From: a virus | Direction: 5' to 3' (one strand) | Length of the DNA stretch: 64,000 bases | Virus record (IMG/VR): IMGVR_UViG_3300025769_000090 | Span: 1-64,000 of that record | The notes under the pieces: generated by a model | Seen by the model: the letters and a program-made list of their open reading frames with translations, nothing else | Databases searched by the model: none | Told to the model about the DNA's origin: nothing | Shown here: positions 57,212 through 64,000 of the stretch, one piece after another | Numbering within the stretch: the first letter of the stretch is position 1 | Layout: every line of letters begins with the position of its first letter | Position numbers and translations under genes: made by a program

Positions 57212-59236
57212 ATGGCAGATTGGAAAAAAGTATTAGTATCGGGTTCCGATATACACATATCCTCGATAACGGCTTCTAATGTTCCTGAAGGCGCTTCAGG
57301 TGATAGAGTATTAGTCAGAACTACAGCTGATGGGGGATTCAAATCGGTTACCCAGGGCTCTATACAAGGAGTTACTGAAGCTACATTTCAAATCTCAGGT
57401 AGTGGCATTTTTGATACTGCTAGTTTTGATGGCACACAAGATGTTTTATTATTTACAGGAAGTGCCAATTCTGGATTATCAGTTGATGTATCAAAAGTTT
57501 CTGACCTTACAACAGTCACTGTAAACCTTCCCGAAGGTACTATTAGTGGATCATCACAAATAACTTTATCAGAAACTAATGGGTTTACTACCTTTAGCCA
57601 ATCATTAGCAACTGATATTAGTGGTAATTTAGGTAATATTAATGCTGCCCTCGCCAGTATTACAGAATTAGAAAGTGAATTAGTAGATTTAAATGCTACT
57701 GCAAGTCTATTAATTGCCACATCTGAATCTGTAGCCAGTGATTTAAATGACCAATCACTTGATATCACTAACTTACAAAGTTCTATTGGTGCATTAGAAA
57801 CCTTTTCATCTTCTGTAGTAGATGTTAGCCAAACAGGTAGTTTTGTAGTTTCTGCGTCTGTTTCAGGAACTCTTAATGAAATTGAACTTGAAGGTTTATC
57901 CAATTCAGGAATAAGAATAGGCCTTCCGGATAACGTCTCTATTCCTGGTATTTTAGAAGCACAGGCTATTGTCATTCAAGGTCAAGAACAAACCGAAACC
58001 GCAGCTGCTATAATATCAGGTAGTACATCATTTGGTACATCTGGAACAAATAATACCCATAAATTTACGGGTTCATTAGAAATTACAGGCGGACTTAGTA
58101 TAGATAATACTAACAATGATATTTCAATCAGTGAATTAACTATAGACAATACAGTAGGAATATCAGACATAATTGCTAGATCAACTACAGACCAAACACT
58201 TCATACTGCAGGTACTGCTATAGGAACTGCTATCAGTGGAGCATTTAACGACTTATCTCAATCTTTTGCTCAAACTCTTACCGGTTTAACTACAACAACA
58301 ACGACAACTAACGTAGCTGATATAACGGCGTTACAAGTTACTAGTGAATCTTTAGTAAATAGCGCTTCCTTAGGTATTCGTCTTGAAGTTGATGGGGGTG
58401 GGGGTACAAGTATAAGTTTAGGTGAAACAGCTTCCTTTACAGCCCAGAACACATTAAATGGACTTTCTGTTGATACAGTAGAACTATCTTCACCAACTAA
58501 CGGGGTAAATATTAATTATATATTAAACCCTACAACTATAGGTAATGCTATTGGAGCCTTCTCTGGATCACAACAATTACAAGATTTATTAGATGACGTT
58601 TACGTTCAACTTAGTGACATTCCTATTAGTGGTGCTCAACAGTTAATTGATCTAGGTTTTATAACAGCAAGTAGCTTTACCGAATTATCAGATGTTCCTA
58701 CGGGATTAATATCAGGTGTTGCTGCTAATTCAACGGGAGATCAAGGTACTATTTTAATAAATGGTAATTCGGTTGCAATTAATAATTTAGGTACTGATGA
58801 TAGTCCAACTTTCCAAAACTTAACAGTTACTAATAATTTAACTATTAATGGAGATTTAACTGCCCTCCAAGTAGATAATTTAAATATTGAAGATCAATTT
58901 ATATTACTTAACAGTGGAGCAGGAGCAAATGAAAACGATAAAGACGGTGGTATCATAGTAGATAATGGTGGAGGAAGTGGTTCTTTATTTATGTATGATT
59001 TTAACGCAAAAGCCTGGGGTTTTATAGGTGCTACTGATAATAAAGTTCGTTTTGATGAAACATCTGATGCTGGTGGAGGTCAATCACCTGAAGTATATGT
59101 AGGTACTGTATCATCTTCTAATAACGGAATCGGATCAGGTCCTACAGATGCTCCTGCTTATGGATTAGATGCGTCAACCGCAAAAGGTCAAATTCATGTA
59201 AATACATCAGATAGTAGTATATGGATTTATGTTTAA
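57212..59236 (+). CDS. Tail fibre-like protein
   Basis: MADWKKVLVSGS; coiled coil; SGSTSFG...HKFTGSL; LNIEDQFILLNSG...DGGIIV. Confidence 0.7.
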   Translation: MADWKKVLVSGSDIHISSITASNVPEGASGDRVLVRTTADGGFKSVTQGSIQGVTEATFQISGSGIFDTASFDGTQDVLLFTGSANSGLSVDVSKVSDLTTVTVNLPEGTISGSSQITLSETNGFTTFSQSLATDISGNLGNINAALASITELESELVDLNATASLLIATSESVASDLNDQSLDITNLQSSIGALETFSSSVVDVSQTGSFVVSASVSGTLNEIELEGLSNSGIRIGLPDNVSIPGILEAQAIVIQGQEQTETAAAIISGSTSFGTSGTNNTHKFTGSLEITGGLSIDNTNNDISISELTIDNTVGISDIIARSTTDQTLHTAGTAIGTAISGAFNDLSQSFAQTLTGLTTTTTTTNVADITALQVTSESLVNSASLGIRLEVDGGGGTSISLGETASFTAQNTLNGLSVDTVELSSPTNGVNINYILNPTTIGNAIGAFSGSQQLQDLLDDVYVQLSDIPISGAQQLIDLGFITASSFTELSDVPTGLISGVAANSTGDQGTILINGNSVAINNLGTDDSPTFQNLTVTNNLTINGDLTALQVDNLNIEDQFILLNSGAGANENDKDGGIIVDNGGGSGSLFMYDFNAKAWGFIGATDNKVRFDETSDAGGGQSPEVYVGTVSSSNNGIGSGPTDAPAYGLDASTAKGQIHVNTSDSSIWIYV

Positions 59237-59265
59237 TTATAAAAAAACAAATTAACCCCTAAAAC

Positions 59266-61914
59266 ATGGCAGCGAATTTTCGTAAAATATTATTTTCTGG
59301 ATCTAAAGTTGAAATAGCCCAAATTTCAGCTAGTAATATACCCGAAACTGCTTCATCTGCAGCTGAATTAGAGGTTTTAACTATTGACCCAAACACAGGT
59401 GAAGTTAGATTTATATCACAATCTGAACTACAAACCCCAAATGGAGATGTTACTTTTGGGATTAGTGGAAGTGATCTTACGGGTGTCCCATTTGATTCAA
59501 ATGGTGAAAGATTATTAATTACAACTAACAATCCAGATTACTTATCAACAAGTATTACTCCTGGGACTAATGCAGTTACTGCTAGCTTTAATATAGCAGA
59601 TAATTTTATAACAGGATCTGGACAATTAAATGCTATTAATTACAGTGTTAGCAGTTTTGGAATTGTTAGCCCAGCAGGTTCTCCTTCTGATTTTAGAACA
59701 GCTTTTCACACCCCCATTGTAGGTCATTCTGCATTTGGGTTTGGAAACCCCCAAGTAGGGTCTATTTTACATAATACAAACGCTATACAAGAGATCACTA
59801 CTAACCCCACAGTGGTCACTTTAACTGATGGAATACTTAGTAAAGTAATTAATGATGGTCCTTATACAGCTAGTATTCAAAACCTTTGGTTTAATCCTCT
59901 TTCAACTACAGATTCAACACCGGTATCAAATGCTTCAATTAGCAATTTAAACCCTGATACACTCACCGCCAATAGAGATAACTATGCATGGTTATCAGCA
60001 AGTTTAATAGGTGGATTTACACAAGGTGGTGTTCCATCACTTTCAGCATCATTTGTAGCATTTACTTCAAGTCTTGCTACTAATTCATCATCTATAGGCA
60101 TTCTTCAAGGAAGTTCTAGCAATATTACTGGTACTACTAGTAGTATGGCTTTAAATGAATTTACTTCTAGTTTTTTAAGAGTACTTAAACCTAAAAGAAT
60201 TTTATCATCCTTCCACAACGCTAACATAAGTCAAGTTACAATTGTTGATGAAACTAGCAATGATGGTACAGATCCAGATGTTTTACCCCAAGGAAGAATC
60301 CTCCAAATAGGAGGTACAGTACCCGCAACAAGCCCTCTAGGTAATTTCCTCCCAGATGCCAGACACCTTACAATTTCGGGAACATTTACTGCTAATGATT
60401 TAATATTAAATGCTAATGGTATTATTTTAGAGCAAATGGATGTTGCTTCTTTTTCTGGCAGCATTAATTATGGTACTAGCAGTCTTCATACTCATAGATT
60501 TATAGGAAATACATTTATAACTGGTGGTGGGGTAAGTGTAACAGGCCCGCTTTCTATACAAGCTTCTCTTCCTTTAGAAGATGATGTAACATTAGATAAT
60601 CCAGTACAAATTTTAGTAAGGTCTGGATCTAATAATATTCTTAGAGCTACTACAATAAACAGCGCTAATAGTATTATAGATAATGAAATAAGGTCTACAG
60701 CTACTATAACTTCATTGTCGTTTGAAGACCGCGTCGAAACCATTCAAGATAATATTGATTTAGCCCCAGGTCAGGCATCTAGTATCCACCTGTTACAATC
60801 TGGTTCTAATGATTTAACCGGTTCTTATTCGCGAGGGATATTTTTTAGTACTGCCTCTAACCAAGCTAGTAGTCTTATAGAGAACAGTGATGGATCTACA
60901 TTAGGTTTTGTCACTCACACAGCTTCATTTAGTGCTAGTATTGCTATAGGACCAAACACCGACCACACAGTTGATACTAATATATTTACAGTTTCCCATT
61001 CTTTAGCAAATAATATATCATCTATACAGTATATTTTTAATACGTCATCGTTTATAAGTGCTACAAATATTATTACTGCTAGTCAATTTATTACTGACAC
61101 TATTAATGATTTAGATAGATATGGAAAGCAAGTAAGTTTAATATTAACCCAAAGCAATACTGCAGGTAATATATTATATATAGCTGATTTAGCTACTAAT
61201 TTAACTGATGGAACAGGAAAACATTTCTTAACAGGAGCAGGATCATTTAATAGTCTTTTAGACGTTACAGATGTTTCTGTAAATGAACTCATATTTAACC
61301 AATTTACTACGACGGACCAAGGTAGTATTGTTTTTGATTTAAGCCCTGATCCAAGTAATTTTGTTCCAGGCAATGTTGCAGTGTCCTTTAAAGACTTGCA
61401 AAATACTAATTCTCCACAATTTACTAATTTAACAATAGGTACAGATCCTGTTACTGACCCTGGTAATTTAACAGTTAATGGTTCCCTTGTTAAAATTAAT
61501 AAAAGTAATCTTAATATTAAAGACCAATTTATATTAATTAATAGTGGTACACTTCCTGGAACTTTTGTAAATATAGACAATGACCCTGATGGTGGTATTA
61601 TAGTAGGAAACGGAAATAACAGTGGTTCTATGTTTATGTTTGATAATACACATAATCGATGGGGCTTTATAGGAGCAGACGGTAATAATTTACAAGCTTT
61701 AGATGTTGAGTCTAACGAGGATAATACTTTAACCCCAAAACTTGGAGTTAGAGTAACAGTTTTCAACACAGAAAAATTTAATGCTGATGGAACCCCTATA
61801 GATATTAATGAATTTGAATATGGTAATAGTGATCAAAACACTCAACTAGGTATAATGGCTGTATGTAATGATGTAACTAAAAACCCTGATAGAGATGTGT
61901 ATATATACGCTTAA
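59266..61914 (+). CDS. Tail fibre-like protein, paralog of 57212
   Basis: FRKILFSGS; FSGSINYG...HRFIG; LNIKDQFILINSG...DGGIIVG. Confidence 0.7.
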   Translation: MAANFRKILFSGSKVEIAQISASNIPETASSAAELEVLTIDPNTGEVRFISQSELQTPNGDVTFGISGSDLTGVPFDSNGERLLITTNNPDYLSTSITPGTNAVTASFNIADNFITGSGQLNAINYSVSSFGIVSPAGSPSDFRTAFHTPIVGHSAFGFGNPQVGSILHNTNAIQEITTNPTVVTLTDGILSKVINDGPYTASIQNLWFNPLSTTDSTPVSNASISNLNPDTLTANRDNYAWLSASLIGGFTQGGVPSLSASFVAFTSSLATNSSSIGILQGSSSNITGTTSSMALNEFTSSFLRVLKPKRILSSFHNANISQVTIVDETSNDGTDPDVLPQGRILQIGGTVPATSPLGNFLPDARHLTISGTFTANDLILNANGIILEQMDVASFSGSINYGTSSLHTHRFIGNTFITGGGVSVTGPLSIQASLPLEDDVTLDNPVQILVRSGSNNILRATTINSANSIIDNEIRSTATITSLSFEDRVETIQDNIDLAPGQASSIHLLQSGSNDLTGSYSRGIFFSTASNQASSLIENSDGSTLGFVTHTASFSASIAIGPNTDHTVDTNIFTVSHSLANNISSIQYIFNTSSFISATNIITASQFITDTINDLDRYGKQVSLILTQSNTAGNILYIADLATNLTDGTGKHFLTGAGSFNSLLDVTDVSVNELIFNQFTTTDQGSIVFDLSPDPSNFVPGNVAVSFKDLQNTNSPQFTNLTIGTDPVTDPGNLTVNGSLVKINKSNLNIKDQFILINSGTLPGTFVNIDNDPDGGIIVGNGNNSGSMFMFDNTHNRWGFIGADGNNLQALDVESNEDNTLTPKLGVRVTVFNTEKFNADGTPIDINEFEYGNSDQNTQLGIMAVCNDVTKNPDRDVYIYA

Positions 61915-61932
61915 AGCAAATTAATAAAAATT

Positions 61933-61959
61933 AAGCATCTATTTGGGTGCTTTTTTTTT
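61933..61959 (+). terminator. Rho-independent terminator
   Basis: AAGCATCT-ATTT-GGGTGCTT followed by a T-run. Confidence 0.65.
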
Positions 61960-61994
61960 ATTTACTACAATAATAAAAACTAAAATTAATAATA

Positions 61995-62150
61995 ATGTTG
62001 CAAATTAAATTAACCCCTCAAGAAATTCAAGTTAGTATAGCTGCTATTAACAATATCCAAATTACTGGTAAAGATGCTCATACAGTATCTGATCTATTAA
62101 GAAAATATGAAAATACTTTAGCTAATTTTAAACCAGTTAAAGCCGGATAA
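61995..62150 (+). CDS. Small protein (51 aa), paralog of 55656, not in ORF track
   Basis: MLQIKLTPQEIQVSIAAINNIQITGKDAHTVSDLLRKY... Confidence 0.7.
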   Translation: MLQIKLTPQEIQVSIAAINNIQITGKDAHTVSDLLRKYENTLANFKPVKAG

Positions 62151-62164
62151 TATTTATTATCAGT

Positions 62165-62221
62165 CTATTATTGGCCCGAAAGGGAAGTAGGCAGCAATAG
62201 TGCTGTATCTAACCGTAGTAG
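62165..62221 (+). ncRNA. Candidate cis-regulatory RNA (three-way junction with GAAA tetraloop)
   Basis: P1 62165-74/62213-21; CCC-GAAA-GGG; TAGG.CAGCA-ATAG-TGCTG..TCTA; lies between TATTTATT 62151 and ATG 62233. Confidence 0.5.
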
Positions 62222-62232
62222 TAAAATAAAAT

Positions 62233-62676
62233 ATGCCAAACTGGAAAAAAGTCATTGTATCCGGCAGTAATGCCGTATTAAATAACGTAACAGCTAGTGG
62301 GGATATTTCGGCTAGTGGAAATATTTTTACAACTGATATCTCAGCTAGAGGAAACATTTCTACAACTACTATTTCAACGTTAGAATCTGGTCCTCTTGGA
62401 ACCGATGCCCCTACTCGGGTAGATTTATATAATACTTCGCAATATACTGGCGCTATATACGATTATATCCTAGTAGACAGTACCGTCGGTGCCCGTACAG
62501 GGCAATTCATGGTAGTGCACGATAATGGCCTACTTACATTTACAGATACTTCTACTAAACATTTATCTGACAATATAGTCCCTGAAATTTCAGCATCGTT
62601 TAGTTCTACAGATGTTGAAATATATATCGTAAATGGTGATGGATATACGTTTAAATCATTTACTAAAAAGTTATAA
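62233..62676 (+). CDS. Short tail-fibre-family protein
   Basis: MPNWKKVIVSGS shared N-terminus; VTASGDISASG repeats. Confidence 0.65.
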   Translation: MPNWKKVIVSGSNAVLNNVTASGDISASGNIFTTDISARGNISTTTISTLESGPLGTDAPTRVDLYNTSQYTGAIYDYILVDSTVGARTGQFMVVHDNGLLTFTDTSTKHLSDNIVPEISASFSSTDVEIYIVNGDGYTFKSFTKKL

Positions 62677-62679
62677 TAA

Positions 62680-63447
62680 ATGGCATTTTTCTTTTCCCCT
62701 AAAATAGTAACAAATGGATTAGTACTTGCTTTAGACGCAGCAAATAATAAATCATATCCGGGCAATGGAATTACATGGAGTGATTTATCAGGCAATGGGT
62801 ATACTGGAACATTAGAAAATGGTGTAATTTGGGAACCCGAAAATGGTGGTTATTGGAACTTAAGCAGTAGCAATATACCCGAAAACGCCCACTTAAGTAT
62901 GCCTTATGATTCTTACTGGGATGATAATGTATTTGGCAATGCTACTAATTTTACAATTTCATGCTGGACCCAATGTGATAAAGATGATTTTTATGATTGG
63001 TCTACTATAATACAAAAATCTGGTAATGGGACTAATTATAGTAATTCTGAGGGCGCTAGTTTATGGGCTAGGTCAGGTTCAGCAGGTAATGAAGGCAGAT
63101 TTCAAGCAGTATTTGGCAATGGTCAATTAGGTAACCCCGCGGGTTCTTCATCAATCCTTACATATAATGTTACAGATGCGTCTCAGTGGCATAATTTAGC
63201 ATTTACGGGAGAAGGCTCTGCCGGTACTGGTACATTAAAATTTTATGTTAATGGTGTTGAAGAAGGTTCAGACAGCATTCCTACAAGAACTGTAGTAGAA
63301 ACTAACACAAACCCTATTGCATTTGGCCGAAGAGGAAGTAGTCTAGATTATTTAGGTAAAATATCTAATGTGTATTTATATACGAGAGCCCTCTCACCTA
63401 CGGAAGTTCTTCAAAACTATAACGCACTTAAATCAAGATTCACTTAA
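62680..63447 (+). CDS. LamG/concanavalin A-like virion protein
   Basis: GLVLALDAAN..SYPG.G..W.DLSGNG; FTISCW; WHNL; LKFYVNG; YTRALS..EVLQNYNA. Confidence 0.85.
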   Translation: MAFFFSPKIVTNGLVLALDAANNKSYPGNGITWSDLSGNGYTGTLENGVIWEPENGGYWNLSSSNIPENAHLSMPYDSYWDDNVFGNATNFTISCWTQCDKDDFYDWSTIIQKSGNGTNYSNSEGASLWARSGSAGNEGRFQAVFGNGQLGNPAGSSSILTYNVTDASQWHNLAFTGEGSAGTGTLKFYVNGVEEGSDSIPTRTVVETNTNPIAFGRRGSSLDYLGKISNVYLYTRALSPTEVLQNYNALKSRFT

Positions 63448-63449
63448 TT

Positions 63450-64000
63450 ATGGCAACATTCGGAGGACCACGACCAATAGTATCGGATGGATTAGTATTT
63501 ACTTTAGATGCTGCTAACGTTAAGTCATATCCTGGTAATGGAAACACAGTAACAGACCTAATCAACGATAATGATGGAACCATTCAAAATAGTCCTACAT
63601 TTATATCATCCGAAAACCAAGGGGTATTTTCATTTGACGGGCAAGATGACCATATAATCCTTGCTCCTATTCACGGTGGTAATGATGATAATAACAATTA
63701 TGCATGGACAGCAGATAATAGTGTAGGGAGTAATACATTTTGTTATGAAGTATGGTTTAAAGGAACTGATACTGTGGGTGAAATAATTTCTAAACCTTGG
63801 AATGGTAGTGGGAGATATAACTTTAGAGTTGATGATGGGAGATTTAACCTCCTCACAGGTAATGGAGGTGCCCCTGAAGATTCTGATTCATCTAATAATC
63901 TTAATTTTGACTCCAGTATTGCCGATGGAAATTGGCACCAACTAGTTATATGGGCTAATAGTACACAAATGGGATACTATATCGATGGAAATAGTTCATC
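63450..64000 (+). CDS. LamG-like virion protein, paralog of 62680, truncated by window end
   Basis: ATG 63450 MATFGGPRPIVSDGLVFTLDAANVKSYPG; open to the end of the window. Confidence 0.8.
   Translation, partial: MATFGGPRPIVSDGLVFTLDAANVKSYPGNGNTVTDLINDNDGTIQNSPTFISSENQGVFSFDGQDDHIILAPIHGGNDDNNNYAWTADNSVGSNTFCYEVWFKGTDTVGEIISKPWNGSGRYNFRVDDGRFNLLTGNGGAPEDSDSSNNLNFDSSIADGNWHQLVIWANSTQMGYYIDGNSS

Larger units (their letters stand above)
1..64000 (+). mobile_element. Segment of a large T4-like (myovirus, probably jumbo) phage genome, inferred Bacteroidota host
   Basis: T4-type TerL, portal, protease, scaffold, capsid, neck and baseplate genes; co-oriented and densely packed; no cellular housekeeping genes or integrase seen. 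Confidence 0.95.

Noticed and set aside
2343-62795. Numerous minus-strand and alternate-frame ORFs in the track (e.g. 40404-40808, 47929-48438, 57388-57975, 61083-61769, 28984-29217)
   Set aside because: They are shadows of well-supported plus-strand genes, with low-complexity mirror composition and no promoter motif; only 47567-47749 has independent support
1-64000. Stop-codon reassignment, as in some Bacteroidota phages
   Set aside because: Core genes are full length under code 11; TAA and TGA end genes normally; TAG stops seem rare but no gene is interrupted by TAG
1-64000. tRNA/rRNA genes, integrase, reverse transcriptase/DGR, tail sheath, tube and tape measure genes
   Set aside because: None recognised; intergenic spaces are short and show no cloverleaf; the missing tail genes probably lie outside the window

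Overview
The whole window is a gene-dense, AT-rich, almost entirely plus-strand segment of a large T4-like myovirus (probably a jumbo phage). It carries head genes (TerL, gp20 portal, gp21 protease, gp22-like scaffold, gp23 capsid), neck and tail-completion genes (gp13, gp14, duplicated gp15), baseplate genes (gp5-, gp25-, gp6-like), tail-fibre and LamG proteins, a gp55-like sigma factor, primase, PhoH and two GIY-YIG nucleases. The host is inferred to be a Bacteroidota from TTTG-type promoters, A-rich initiation regions without Shine-Dalgarno motifs, signal peptides with Gln at +1, and a type IX secretion (T9SS) sorting domain. Two candidate undescribed systems stand out. (1) A phage envelope cassette at 2067-8031: a 1222-aa Cys-repeat T9SS cargo, a beta-barrel, a CXXC-less thioredoxin fold, small membrane proteins and a nuclease. 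(2) A capsid cargo-tagging and release system: unrelated proteins share N-terminal (MKLKDILNE-type) or C-terminal scaffold-like (RFxKLANI) tags, and polyproteins join enzymes and small basic modules with x-x-E linkers resembling prohead-protease sites. Also noted: two promoter classes, several structured RNA leaders, a homing endonuclease that duplicated and recoded the terL start, a degenerate HD protein, and strong [S/T]-[G/A/S]-S enrichment in virion proteins. All assignments come from motif recognition by eye; no database searches were run.
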